A stretch of 64,000 bases of DNA from Lama guanicoe (Eukaryota): positions 4,403,992-4,467,991 of the forward strand of contig MU053561.1 of NCBI GenBank assembly GCA_013239625.1. The letters run 5' to 3'. Positions within the stretch are counted from its first letter, which is position 1. Each line of letters opens with the position of its first letter. This document shows positions 1 through 14,110 of this stretch, piece after piece. A program made the position numbers and the translations under genes. The notes below the pieces were generated by a model. That model was not told the DNA's origin, made no database searches, and saw only the letters and a list, made by a program, of their open reading frames with translations.

Positions 1-1920
1 ATACATTGTATAACCTTTTATCATTGTCTTTTTTCTTCAGCATAATTCCCTAGTGATTGATCCAAGTTGTTGTATACATCAACAGATCACTTATTTTCAT
101 TGCTGAGTAGTAGTCTATGGGAATAGTTATGGGAGTACCACAGATTAAATATTCACCCGTGGAAGGACTCACGGGTTAATTCTATTTTCTACTATTGCGA
201 ATAAAGTTGCTATGAGCACTCGTGTACAGATTTATGTGTGAACGTGTTTTCGTTACTCTGGGGTAAGTGCCCAAAAGTATAATTTCTAGTTTTATGATAT
301 TTGTATATTTTATTTCATAAGAAACTGCCAAACTTTTCCAGAATAACTGTACAACTTTACATTTCTACTCACAATGTATGAGTGATGCAGTTTCTCTGCA
401 TCTTTGCCAGAATTTGATGTTGTTACTATTTTTAATTTTAGTCTTTCTGATAGATGTGTAGTGATATTTTGTGGTTTTCATTTGCATTTCCCTGGTAGCT
501 AATCATATTGTACATCTTTTCACATGCTTATTTGCCATCTGTATATCCTCTTTGGAGAAATGTCTGCTCATGTCTTTTCCTCATTTTCTAATTGGATTGT
601 TTATCTTTTTACTGTTGAGTTTTGAGGGTTGTTTACATATTCTAGATACTACTCTTTTGTTGCATATGTGGTTTGCAAATATTTTTCCTAATCTGTAATG
701 TGTCTTTGCATACTCTTTATAGGGTCTTTTGCAGAGCAAAAGTTTTTAATTTTGATGAAGTCTAATTTATCAATTTATCCTTTTAAGGATTGTACTTATA
801 GTGTTAAATCTAAGAACTCTTCACCTAGCTCTAGATCCCAAAGAATTTCTCCTATGTATTTTTCTGAAAGTTCCATATTTTAAGTTTTACATTTAGATCT
901 AGGATTCACTTTTAGTTAATATGTTTATAAGATATGAAGTTTAAGTAAAGGGTTTTTTGTTTTTTGTTTTTGTCTATGGATGTTCAGTTGCTCCAGTAAT
1001 ATTTGTTGAAAAAGTGATCCTTCCTCTGTTGAATATCTTTTGCACTTTGTCAAAATTCAGTTGGGCATAGCTGGGTGAGTCTGTTTCTGGGTTCTCTATT
1101 CTGTCTGTTGATTTATGCGTCTTACCTCTCCACCACTACTGTACCATGCTGTTTTGGTTGCTATCGAGAAAGGCTTAATGTTGAGTGGAGGGATTCTTCC
1201 CACTTTATCCTTCTTTGTCAAGATTGTTTTAGTTATTCTGGAACCTATGCTTTTTCATTTAAATTTTAAAATACGTTTGTCTATTTCTACCAAAAAAATT
1301 GCTGGGATTTTTATAAAAATTGTATTAAATCTATTGATCAGTTTGAGAAGAACTGACACTTGTACTACATTGAGTTTTCAAATCCATGGTGTATCTCTCC
1401 ATTTATTTAGGTGGTCTTTGAGTTCTTTCATCATAAATTTCAGCATACAAATCCTGTACATCTTTTGTTAAGTAAATAAACTGAGTACTTCATTTTCTCT
1501 GGAGTGATTGTAATGGCACTGTTTTTAATTTTAGTTACTTCATATTCATTGTTGGTATATAGAAATGTGACTGCATGTTTCTGTTCATCTTGTATCTTGA
1601 AACCTTGCTGAACTTACTTATTAGTTCTAAAGTGATTTTTCTATTCCTTGAAATTCTCTATGTAGACAGTCATCATCTGCAAGTATAAATAGTTTTATTT
1701 ATTCCTTTCTCACCTGTATGCCTTTATTTCTTTTTCTTGACTTTTTACAATGGCTAGAACTTCAAGTACTATGTTCAGTAAGAATGGTGAGAGCAGACAT
1801 CCTTACCTTTCTCCTAATCTTAGGGAGAAAGCATTTAGTTTTTCACTATTAAGTGTGATGTTAGCTAAGATTTTTATAGCTGTCCTTTACCAAGTTGAGG
1901 TAATTCTCCTCTATTCCTAA
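1..1920 (-). mobile_element. Old LINE-1 (L1M-type) ORF2 3' part/3'UTR fragment
   Basis: Typical antisense L1 text (gtggttttcatttgcatttccctg, tttggagaaatgtctg, cttagggagaaagcatt); short antisense ORFs 471-1471. Confidence 0.85.
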
Positions 1921-1974
1921 GTAAACTACTATATGAGTGAATTTTATTTTCATATAATTCTGATGCTATATGGG

Positions 1975-3960
1975 GAGAAGAGAAAGATAAGAAGTGAGGT
2001 AACCAGTAAGGTGATTATAATAGTACTCCAGGAAAGAGATGATGGTAGCTAAGACTAGGATGATGGTAGTGATATGGACTAGGAGATAAGTGGGCAGATT
2101 CAAGATGTATTTTGCTGTATAAACTGTAGGATTTGCTGATGGATTGGATGGTTGGCATCAGAAATTGCATTTGGCTACAAATAACAGAAAACTCTACTAC
2201 AATGACTTAATCAGAGGGTTTTCCCTTCATACAAAAGTAACTCTGAATGTAAGCAGTTTTATTAGATGTCATCAGTGTCTCAAAATCCTTCTATTCCTTG
2301 CTCTCCCATCATTAACATATTACTTTGAACTATAGGGTCACAAAATGGATGTTGTACTTCCAGGTACCACAGATGAGTCCCAGTAAGAAAGATAGAAGGA
2401 GAGTTGCAAAGATTTTCTTTTAGTGAGACTTTATTCAGAAAGTTAAGCGCCTCCAGAGACATTCACTTACATCTCCTTAATCAAAACTGTATCACTGGCC
2501 ACTCAGCTGCAAGGGAAGCTAGGAAATGAATATTTTATTTTCCAGTCTCTAAAGTAGAGAAAAGCAGGGAGAAGTTTATTGCAATGGGTGCTAAGTGAGC
2601 CAATCCATAGTACCTGCCACATTAGGGATCATGGATTACGCCCATGTTTCTGGTTGATGTATTATATTACAGTTTACTAGGATGTAGAAGAGTGGAAGAG
2701 ACCTGGATTTTTAAGGGAAAGTGATAATTCAACTTTGGACATATTGAGATTAAAATGTTTGTAAAGCATTTAGAATGCAGAGAATTTGATTTGTGAGGCT
2801 GGAATTTAGAGAAGTCAGTGCTAGAAGTAACAATCTGAAAGTTTTCAGGATATTGATGGTATTTAAAGTTGTTGAACTATGTAAGATCACCTAGGAAGAC
2901 AAAAGTAGCAGAGCATAGCCTTGAGGAATTCTAATATTTAAGTATTTCTTTGGGGAACTTGAACAAGCGAAATATATTGAGTAGCTAAAAAGGTAAGAGA
3001 AAAGCCAAGAAAGGCATCAAAGAAATAAAGGGAGATATATGTTTCATAGAGAAGGTATTCTATATTATAGAATGCTACTGAAAACGCATATAAGATAAAG
3101 AAAGAAAAATTTCCAATGAACTTATCAACATGAAAGTAACTGATGATTGAATTAATTTCAGAGTTAAGAAACAAACAAAAAATCCACTTAAACCCAAATA
3201 AGAACCTGCCATTTTTTTCTACACAACAAAAAGTCTGGATGTAGGCAGCTAAAGGCATTAGTTGGGAGCCAATTGTCAGAGCCTGCTTCTCTGTGATTCC
3301 CTTGAACTTTCCCTTAGGGCTGTAAAGTGGGTATCATTGCTCTGGACTCAAGTACAAGGCAGAAAAAAGAAAGAAAGAAAAAGAAAGGTGTGGTGCCAGC
3401 AACATATGTCCCTTTATTAAGAATAGAAAAACTGTTCTTATCCTCAGAATTACTTTGCATCTCATTAGTCAGAACTATGTAACACAGCCATCCTGAACTG
3501 CAAGGGAAACTCTGGGAAGGTGAGAAGTTAAATTTTCTAGGCTCTACAGTGAAAATGAACAAGAAGAAGGGGGACTGAGAATGGATGGTTTAAGCAATCA
3601 AAAGTGCCTGCCATGATGACCTTGACAACAACAGCTTTAACAGTGTGATGAGACTAAAACCAGATTACAGAGGATTGAAGAGTGAATGGGAATTGACATA
3701 ACATTGTAAACTGACTATAACTCAATTTTTAAAAATTTAAGTTAATTTAAAATTTTTATTTAAGGAATGAATGGAAGATGAGGTAGTAAAACACCATGGG
3801 GAGAAACATTTTCTATTTATTTGGCCAGAAGTTTAGCTGTGAAGAGGAGCAGAGAAGTGAGATGGTATCTAGACTGGGTTGTAAAGTCCAGGGAGATTTT
3901 TTGTTTTATTGTTGTTGTTGTTTTTAACATGAAGTAGTAGACTTTGTTTGTAAGATGATG
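1975..3960 (+). mobile_element. LINE-2 fragments interrupted by MaLR (MLT1-like) LTR pieces at about 2150-2620 and 3150-3615
   Basis: Purine-rich L2-like text (gatggtagctaagactagg, aactttggacatattgag, aaccagattacagaggattgaagagtgaatggg) and MLT-like motifs (gctgcaagggaagctaggaaatg); boundaries approximate. Confidence 0.55.
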
Positions 3961-4539
3961 AGAGTGATCATAGTGATGAGAGGAGAGACTAATGATCCAG
4001 GGAGGGAAGAGAATGAAAAGGAAGACTCCAGAAAACTCGTCCCCATGGGTTCTGGTCTGCTTGTGATTTTTCCCTTCCTAATCACCTGCCTATATAGACT
4101 TTGGACTTGCTTAGCCAGCCTCCACAATCATGTCAACGAACTCCCTGTAATAAATCCCTTAATCTATGAAAAAAGAGAGGAGGTATGCTTGGCCTGGGGA
4201 AATGAGTGAAGACTTCTGGAGTGAGATTTCACTTAAGCTGAGTCTTAGAGAGTTATTAAAAATTAGTAAGGCAAGGCAGGAGTGGAAGCAGTGGTGAGTT
4301 AGTGAAATAGCTCACTAGAAACAAACAAACAAATTTAATTTGTAGCGTTTGATAACGCTGTTGTATATGCTCCCAGCATGGCCAATTTTAAGCTATCAAC
4401 ATGATGCCACAGAAAACTTGGAAAATTGTCACACCCTCATTAGTCTGGGATCAAATTTTTGAGAATCATTGTAGTAAGATGAAAATATCCTCTTGGTTTT
4501 GAAGGAATTCAAAAGACAGTCTTTAACTCATATATCTAT

Positions 4540-5835
4540 GGTACATATCCAAAAGAACTGAAAACAGCTACTCTAATAAATACACATGCCAATACCATTC
4601 AGTGGGAACAGAATACTCTCTTCAATTAATAGTGCTGGAACAACTCGTTATCTACCTGCAAAAGTATGAAGTTAGATCCCTACCGCATACCATACTAAAA
4701 AAATTAGCTCAAAATGGGTCCATAACCTAAATATCAGAGCTAAACCATAAAACTCTTAGGAGGAAACACAGGAGTAAACTGTCATGATCTTGAATTTGGA
4801 AATGGCTTCTTAGATATGACACCAAAAATATGAATAACAAAAGAAAATATAGATAAACTGAACTTCATAAAAGTTAACTTTGTGTATCAAAGAACATTAC
4901 CAACAAGGCGAAAAAAATCTATGGAATGGAGAAAACATTCGAAAATCATATATCTGATGAAGGTCTAGAACCTAAAATATATAAAGAACTCTTATAAATC
5001 AAAAACAAAAAGAAAACAACTCAATTTAAAAATAGACAAAGGACTTGATTAGACATTTCCCAAAAGAAGATATACAAATGGCAAAAAAAAATGCATAAAA
5101 AGATGCTGAACTTCATTAGCCACTATGGAAATGCAAATCAAAACCATAATGAGGTACTACGTCATAACGCCTAGGATAGCTATAACAATTTAAACAACAG
5201 AAAATAAGTGTTGGCAAGTGTGTAGAGGAACTAGGACCCTTGTATATTGCTGATGGGAATGTAAAATGATGCAGTTTGTGGAAATCATTTGGTGATTCCT
5301 CAAAAAGTTAAACATAGAATTACTACATGACCAAGTAGCACATACCCAAAAGAACTGAAAACAGGTACTCTAATAAATACAGGTTCATAGCAGCACTATT
5401 CATTTTAGCCAAAAAATGGAAACAATATAAACATCCATCAATAGATGAATGGATCAACAAATTGTGGTATAAAAATACAATGAAATATTAAACCATAAAA
5501 AGGAATGAAATACTGATGTATGCTACAATGTGAGTGAACCTCAAAAACATTATCAAGTGAACAAAAGTAAACACAAAAGGTCACATTCTGAAATATCCAG
5601 AATAGGTAAGTCCATAGAGACAGAATACATATTGGTGGTTGCCAGGATCTAGGAGTGGGATGAATGGGGAGAAATAGCTTAGTGTATATGGGCTTCCCTT
5701 TTGGGGTGATGAAATGCTCTGGAACTAGATAGAGGTGGTAGTTGTACAACACTGAGTGTACTATACCACTGAAATGTTCACTTTAAAATGGTTAATTTTA
5801 TGTTATATGAATCTCACCTCAATTTCAAAATAAGA
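4540..5835 (+). mobile_element. LINE-1 (L1MB-like) ORF2 end and 3'UTR
   Basis: aaatgcaaatcaaaaccataatgag, catcaatagatgaatggat, ends ttatatgaatctcacctcaatt plus A-rich tail. Confidence 0.85.
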
Positions 5836-8800
5836 AAATCCTGACTCTATAGTTGATGTACATATTAGGCAAACAAAAAGAATGTCTCTTAAAGTTGCAC
5901 TGATTTTTGTTTTCTGTTAAGATCAAGTGATTCCATTTTGTGTTTTGGACCTGTTTCATTGAATTTGAAAAGTAAACTAGATGTGGCTTTCAATTCTAAA
6001 CAAAGTTAAAATAAGGTTATAAGAGAGATGGTTTGGTTGGTTTTTTCATCAAGTGTTTTAAAACATTTTTGAGGTTTTTAATAGTAAAAGGAAATCATAT
6101 TTAGTACAGCTGGATCATTTCTACATAATTGGCTTTTCATTCTTGATCTGGTTTTGAACTTTTTACCCCACTTCAGTAATTAACTATTATCAGCTTCATT
6201 AATGAAACAGAAACCACCTCCTCTAACCATTTATAAATTGCTTGTCAAACAACTTTTAAACAAAGAATAGGATCTGGGCAAAGTAACATCTCTTTAAAAG
6301 CTACTGCAACTAATTATAGGAGTGTTCAAAGTTATTTTGTTGTTGTTTTCCATTTATTATGAAAGAATCCTAAAGACCTACAGCATTTTTCTTGGCAGTC
6401 ATGTGAATTCTTTTATACAAGAGTAATTATTTTAACAATACTTTTCACTGATATGAAAAGCAGAGTTTTCAGCTACTTATTTATGTCTATAAACTATAAG
6501 AATCAGATTCCTATTTAATCAAGCCACCTTTAGAGATATTATTTCCTATTCTACTTAATTTTTAGTTGATTGAGTAAAAAAGAGCATGGGAGACAGTTTA
6601 AGACATACTTCTTAGTTTATGATATGCTTATAGATTGCACAAGGAAAATTATCAGTTTTTGTATCCAAAAACAAAAGATTAGATTTAAATATTCAATTCT
6701 AAAAGGTTGTTCTATTGGAATTCAATGAGAATGCCACAAAGTTTTAAGCGATTTATGGGAAAATTTTGTAATCCTGTAAAAAGTGTGTTCCACTCTTATA
6801 ATCCTTTCTCCTGATTTCATATTTTACGGAGTTGAGAATGTTAGAAAAATAAGGCAAAAAACTAGAATGCTAATTCAAAATATGAGAGATAATGATGAAT
6901 TTCAAGCTTTATATGCATAAATGATGCTAATGGCTGATCACTAGTTGAGCATGTTCTTTGTGCTTCTATTCTAAGTTCACCACTGCACTTTGTTGGCTAC
7001 GGGGGTCAGTCTGTAGCTATGGAGCAGGAAAGGTTCTTAGGGTGATTCAGTCCATGATCTTTTTTCATCACTATTCCATTAGACTCTGGGTCTGTGACTA
7101 CCTTCTTCACTGTTGTGTTTCCAGTGCCCATCACAGGTCCTGGCTCATAATAGATGCTCAATAAGTATTTCTTGATTGACTGACTAAATAAATAAATAAA
7201 TGAAAAATGAATGGCTGCTATGGTAACTAACTGAGCTAACTATCCAGGCAGTAAAAGTAAAGATGTAATAAAGTAATGCCTCTGGCATTCAAGAAAGTCA
7301 AAATACTAATTAAGGACTTCATTATCTTACACTTTCTGTTTTGAATTCAAGACGTATTTATTCTCGTTTTGAAGGAGAAAATCTGAACACCAGTAGTTGA
7401 CACTTTGTTTATGTATCTATTAGTGCTTTCTCTTCCTGGGCTATAATTGTTTTTACTCATATATCTCTAATAAATTAATCATATATACCTTATAAACAGA
7501 GACCATATTTATTTTTATTTCCTTTGTGCTTAATACAGTGATTTGCACATAAGAGCTACTCAACAAATGTTTATTGAACCTAAAGTTGACACTTTCTCTA
7601 TAATATTTACCTCTTCACTTTTTGTTGTTTCTAATATATTAATGTAGTACAGACCTTTCAGAATGCAGAAACTATAGATAATGACAAGGACATTCCTATC
7701 TATTTATAACTTATACTTAATATTTTTTAAAAATCTTACTGATTAGCACTAGTTTATGAAGAAACACCTTCAAAAATATATGGCTTCTAATTAACATTAA
7801 ATAATATTTTACAAAGTTTCTTCAGCTTTTGCAGACTATTACACATTTTAAAAAATCATATTAATAAAATAACCAATGAAGAAATTAAATCTTATAATAA
7901 TCTCAATTTCAAGGGCAAGAAAGGCTTCTAAAGTGTTTACTTACAATTTTCTTATCTAGAGAATTTGTAAAATAATACTGCCAAATATTTTCTCATAATA
8001 CTAGTGAAAATCTGCCGGGAGAAATTATTTCTTTTTCTCCAAAGTGGCAGAGTTATAGAAGCACCAGTTAAGAGGCTTTATTTTGAGAAAAACAAAATAG
8101 CCTAGTTTAAATAGCAGGCGTATCTCCTTTATATGAATTAGAGAAGTAAATTATATCAGAGAGTCACTATTTATGTCACTGACAGTTTTTACCTGCGAAT
8201 TTCACCACTGGTTTTAGACTGTCACATATTTTATATAAATGCACCTTAAAATAGAGAATTAAATCTTCTAAGGCTTCTTTTCATTATACTTCCCCTTTTC
8301 CTTAATCAATATCATGTTTGGCATAATGTATAGAAATGCACAGGATTTGTGCATACGGTTTTTGGCCTTATCCGATTGTTTTTGTTTAATGGGGCATTGA
8401 CAGATCAGCTCAGGCTCTAATTGTAAGGATAAATATTATTCACATTTTTAATGTGGTGTTTATGACTACTTGGCACTTTCCTTTACATTAAAGCTAGAGT
8501 TAGAATGGGTACTTTTAAGATATCTGTGGAGGAGGATAGTTGCTCTTTCTTGTTCTTTAAATCAAGTGACTCTTCTTTAGCAGCTCTTCTGAGTCCTGCC
8601 AGAATGAATTTGTATCATTTTGACAAGATGCAGAAGTGCCCCTAATAGTTACTAAAAGCATTAAAACATTAACATTTAGCAACCTCATTTTTCACTTGGT
8701 ACCCTCATTTAAGTATTTTATCAAGCTGAAGTTAAACACTAAACATTAGAGTGAACAGCTAAATCTATTCTCTTCAGCCTAAAAAGAATACCTATAACAG

Positions 8801-9364
8801 AAAGTGAAGGCATTAAAGGAAGAGATGGTATAAATAGTTGTTTTAGTGTTAATTAACACAATTCTAATTATTTATGAGTGGTGAAACTAAAATCTCAGAG
8901 AGGGAATCATTCTGGAAATATTCACCATAATTATCGCTGAATATGCAGAATTTCAAAATTATAGATTTGATAGTATCAGGGCTTGGTTTACTAAAACCTA
9001 CATGAGAACTCTAGATTAAAGAATTTTCAGATCAGAATATTTTAGAGAGTAGCCTCTCTAATCACAAATTTGAGTTCAGTTTACAGTAATTCACAGCACA
9101 CCTCAATAGGAAGTTCTCAACAAATACTAACAACTGCGCCAAATCTCTGGTCTCCTGACTGTAAACTAAGCACTTCACTGGCTATTCAAGCAGAGCAAAT
9201 ATAAATAAAACAGAATTCCTTTCTAGGTAGGGAGTAGGGCATGTGTACATGTAACTACTACACAGGGTAAAACATGATAACTGCTAGGCAGACAAAGTAC
9301 TATGAGGACACAGCCGAGGAAGAAATAATTAGCATAGCCCACCATAAGCATTTGTAAACGACAT

Positions 9365-9890
9365 TTACCATTCTTTCTAGCCACCTGGCATCTGAGACTT
9401 TTTACTATGTTTGTAAACGTCCCTTTCCTTATGATTCTTGGTAAGGCAGAGCCCAGCTTTCACCATGGAAACTAAAAATGTGGCATCCTCCCTTGCAGCT
9501 AGAACACGGGCCTGTGACTTAAGCTCGGCTGCCTAGATATCACCCTTCCCGCCCAACTCTTCCCAATAGCAAAGACTGCACAGAACTCGCCCTGTAGTAG
9601 TGGCTGCAATTGCAAATAAATTCCTGGAGCAACTACAGTAGAGATACTTGAAAACTCTCTGCAGAGCAAGCTGAAGCATCTAGGGATAAGGATAGTGGTG
9701 TAATGTTCTTACTAGACAAGTTCTGCAAACATGATTTTGAACATCGTTCCTGGTTGCACAACTGTGAACTGGATTTTCCAGTCTTCCTAGTGGATCTGTA
9801 CACAACCTAATATCTTTAAAATAAATGATTCTCCATTCAAACCAACCAGATTTGTTTTTATAGCTAGCATCTAAAAAAGCTGGTGGACAC
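9365..9890 (+). mobile_element. ERVL-type solo LTR (LTR16/LTR33-like)
   Basis: cctcccttgcagctag motif, AATAAA near 9820, ends in ACA; family assignment from memory. Confidence 0.45.
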
Positions 9891-10499
9891 AGTATTTAAT
9901 AAATGATAGCATGCTTTTCTTCTGTCATGTTTCCACCTGCTGACCCAGTCCAGGATGTTAAACAGGACCTTCTAGCATATGTAATGCAATGGTCCCCACA
10001 TCTGGCTAACCATCAGAACCAAACTGAGGAGCTTTCAAATTCAAACTAAGGGAACTTGATCAAAAGAATCTGATGGCTTTATTCATGGTTTCACAATATT
10101 TATTGAATATGTACATTTTTCAGGCACTCTGCAGGTGCTAGGGGCCAATGGTAACGAAAACAAACATTTCTCTACTCTTGTGGACTTTAATGTCTCCTGG
10201 GGAAACAAAATAATCTCATAATCATATGGATGAACACATCATTATAAATGAAATAAATTTGTGAAAGAACACAATTTTATGATGGTATGTAATAAAAGAA
10301 CCTAACCAAAACTGAGAGGTTTCAGAAAGCTTCCCAGGTGAAGGACTGAGTTGAGATCTGAAGAATTAAAGCCATTTGATTTAGGCCTGGAAGGATCTTA
10401 GGCAATAGATGCAAGAATGAAAGTGCCAGTGACAAGATTAGATAGCATAACTCCTGGAACTATGAGAGAGTTGAAGACCAAGAGAGACCAGCCATCTCT

Positions 10500-11544
10500 C
10501 TCTCTCTCTCTCTTTTTTTTTTTTTTTGGTTCTTTTTGTTGTTGTTGTTGTTGTTGTTGTTGTTTTCATTGAGATATATTGATATACAACACTATGTCAG
10601 TTTTAGGTGTACAATATAACTGGAAGTTTGTATCCTATGACCACGTTTACCCATTTCACTCATACCCAACGCCCACCTCTGGCAACCACCAATTTGCTCT
10701 CAATATGTATAATTTCAGGTTTGGGTTTTGGGGAGGTTTTTTTTATATTTCACATACCTCTCTATCTGACTTATTTCACTTAGCATAATGCCCTCAGGGT
10801 CCATCTATGTTGTCACAAATGACAGAATTTCCTTCTTTTTATGGCTGGATAATATTCCATCGTATATGTGTATGTGTGTATATATATCTATCTCACACCT
10901 TCTTTATCTATTCATCCATTATTTGGCATATAGGTTGTTTCCATGTCTTGGCTATGGTAAATAATGCTTCAGTGAATATGGGGATGCAGATTTCTTTTTG
11001 AGTTAGTGTTTTAGTTTCCTTCTGACAAATGTCCAGAAGTGGAATTACTGGATCATATGGTAGTTTTATTTTTAATATTTTGAGGAACCTCCATACTGTT
11101 TTCCATAGTAGCTGAACATTCCCCCAAGCAGTGCATACGTGTTCCCCCTCTCCACATCCTTGCCAACACTTGTTATTTCTTGTCTTTTTGATAATAGCCA
11201 TTCCAACAAATGTGAGGTGATATCTCGTTGTGGTTTTGATTTGCATTTCCCTGATGATTAATGTTGAGCACTTTTTCATGGACATGTTGGCCATCTGTAT
11301 GTCTTTGGAAAAAGCTCTATTCTGATCCTCTGCCCATTTTCTAATCAGATTTTTTTTTTTGCTATTGAGCTGTATGAGTTCTTTGTGTTTTGGATATTAA
11401 CCCCTTATCAGATACATGATTTGCAAATATTTTCCCTCATTCAATAGGTTGACTTTTCATTTTGTTGATGGTTTCCTTTGCTGTGCAGAAGATTTTTAGT
11501 TTGATGTAGTCCCATTTGTTTATTTTTGCTTTTGTTGCTTTTAG
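10500..11544 (-). mobile_element. LINE-1 3' fragment (L1MA-like) with (CT)n/(T)n/(GTT)n tail
   Basis: ORF 10908-11294(-) is recognisable L1 ORF2 C-terminus ([16 protein letters not shown]...[12 protein letters not shown]); near-perfect TSD CAGCCA[T/C]CTCT at 10489-10499 and 11545-11555. Confidence 0.9.
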
Positions 11545-11559
11545 CAGCCACCTCTTTAA

Positions 11560-12320
11560 AAAAAAAGTAATTATGTATAATTGACATATAACATTATATT
11601 GGTTTCAGATGTACAACATGATGATTTGATTTTTGTACATATTGTGAAATGAGCACCACAAAATCACCATAAGTCTAGTTAACATCTATCACTATACATT
11701 GTTACAAAATTTTTTTCTTGTGATGAAAACTTTAAAGATTTACCCTTGGCGATTTTCAAATATGTGATACAATATTATTAACTGTAGTCACCATGCTGTA
11801 CATTACATCTCCTTGATTTATTTATTTTATTGCTGAAACTTTGTACCTTCTGATCCCCTTCACCCATTTCCTCCACTCCTCCACCCACCACCTCTGGGAA
11901 CCACCAATCTGTTCTCTGTATCTATGAGCTTGGGAGATTTTGTATGTTTGTTTGTTTTTAGATTCCACATATAAACGAGATCTTTTTCTGTCAGACATTT
12001 CATTTAGCATAGTGCCTCAAGGTCCATCCATGTTGTTGCAAAAATGATTTCATTCTTTTTTATGGCTGAATAATTACTTGTCCATTGTATACATATACCA
12101 CATTTTTTATCCATTCATATGTCAATGAACACTAAAGTAGTTCCCAGATCTTGGCTATTGTAAGTATTATAAATATTGTAATGAACATGAGGCTGCAGAT
12201 ATCCCTTTGAGTTAGTGTTTTCATTTTCTTCAGATAAATACCCAGAAATGGAATTGCTGGATCATATAATTCTATTTTTAATTTTTTTGAGGAATTTCCA
12301 TGTTATTTTTCATAATTACT
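11560..12320 (-). mobile_element. Second LINE-1 3' fragment directly adjacent, same orientation
   Basis: Antisense L1 3'UTR text (ctgtagtcaccatgctgtacatt, cccagaaatggaattgctggatcatat). Confidence 0.85.
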
Positions 12321-13142
12321 GGCAACAAGCTCTTGAGAGAGTTCCAAGGGACTAATATTATCAAGGGAAAGTCAAGCTTCAAGAAAGGGAGGGAATTGGA
12401 AAATATGTCTGAAGAACTCAGGTGGCCAAAGAATTTATTCACAAGAGAAAGAATGTTCCTGAGGGCACGGTCTCTAAACTAGGGTACCAATATCCCTGGA
12501 AATGCATGAAAACATTCCAACATCATTGAAGGATGTTTCTGAGAAATCAATTTCAAGAACCTCAAGAAGCCTTTTTTACAACTGATCTGTGTAAAAATGA
12601 GTCTGTGTTCATAGTAATAATTATTTTACTTTACAAAAGAAGTACATATTCCTTATCCAACCCAAATCTTAACCATGATACTTTTCCATGGATTATATTT
12701 CTAGAGAATCAAACAAAAGCATAAATGATAAGTTTGGGAGAACTCTCCCTTAACAATAAATCAAAGCACACTAACCCATAGGGCTTCCCATCTTTCTTAG
12801 TAAGACTTAACATTAGATATTGGGTATTTTGACCCGCATATAGGATATTCTGAATTCAGAATAGATTAATCAGTCTAAATTAGCATTATTCTTTTAAATA
12901 TAAATGGAATACATATTTAATGTGTGTTGTATATTTAGGTATAACATATATAAATGGAATATCTGTGAGACTCCCAAATTTTTTGAGATACACTGACTAA
13001 AACATATAGATAAATGATGCGCTTTATTCCAGTATTAAAACCAAATTTATGAACTCATATAATTAAATATTCCAGTTAGTCAATTCTCATCTTATAAATG
13101 TTTACTATTTCCTAGATAATTTTATCAAAAAATAAGTGTATT

Positions 13143-13355
13143 CAGATACAGAGAACAAACTAGTGGTTATGGGGTGGGGCAGGGAGTAGGGGTGGAGGAG
13201 AGGAAGGAAGAAACCATTGGGGTAAGATAGGCTACAAGGATGTATTGCACAATACAGGGAATAAGAGCCAATATTTTGTAAGAATTGTAAATGGAATGTA
13301 ACTTTTAAAAGTTGTATAAGAAATTTTAAAAATTAATAAAACATGCAAAAAACTC
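13143..13355 (+). mobile_element. Short 5'-truncated LINE-1 3' end
   Basis: L1 3'UTR text with A-rich end; perfect 19-bp TSD ATCAAAAAATAAGTGTATT at 13124-13142 and 13356-13374. Confidence 0.85.
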
Positions 13356-13753
13356 ATCAAAAAATAAGTGTATTTATATTTATGGTGAAAAATCATGGAC
13401 AAAAACTTTAAAGTGTAAGTAGGTCAATATTTTTTCAAAATTCTTGTAGAGAATACACTAACGCAAATGTGTAAGGAAAAGGTTGCACTCATCTCTGAGT
13501 GAATGTGAGCAGAGACCATAGTTTCATTTGGCAAGCATTATACTTTGAAATTTTATTAATCTGAATGTCTTTAGGTAGGGTTGTGAGAGGAAGCATGCTC
13601 TCTTGAATTCTTCACCATAGAGCCCTCCACTCCCTATTATTAGCACTTAGCTCAGTTAACTTATTTACACTTCCTGAGTGGCCCCTCTTGGGCTTTGAGT
13701 TTACAACTCCTATAAAGGAACAGTATGTAATTGAAATAATACCAGGAGGTTGT

Positions 13754-14110
13754 TGTTGAGAGACAATTCTCCAAGAGTCTCTCACATTTCTGCACATCTT
13801 GCAACTGATGCACTTACCTCCCTGTATTTATACTTTCTTTTCAAGGATGTTTGAATAGGAAACAACCTTTAAGATAAGATAGTGTCTCCCTCCAGACCAA
13901 AAGGGAGGTGTGCTTACTTTCCTTTATAAAAGATTCATGTTCCTAAGCTCCAGGTTCTCCTACCACAACCCAGCACACGTGTAAGTGCCGTCCTGCCCTC
14001 TTTACATCACTCTGTGGGACTGGGGAACCAACATAGGAGTGCTGATGCTCTCACGACTGCTGTTGCAGAGAGCAATAAACTGCCCTCCATCTCTGACCCA
14101 GGAATTTTGA
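13754..14110 (+). mobile_element. ERV solo LTR (LTR47-like)
   Basis: Starts TGTTGAGAGACAATTCTCC, has TATAAAA near 13925 and AATAAA near 14074 followed by ctctgacccagga; family name from memory. Confidence 0.55.
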
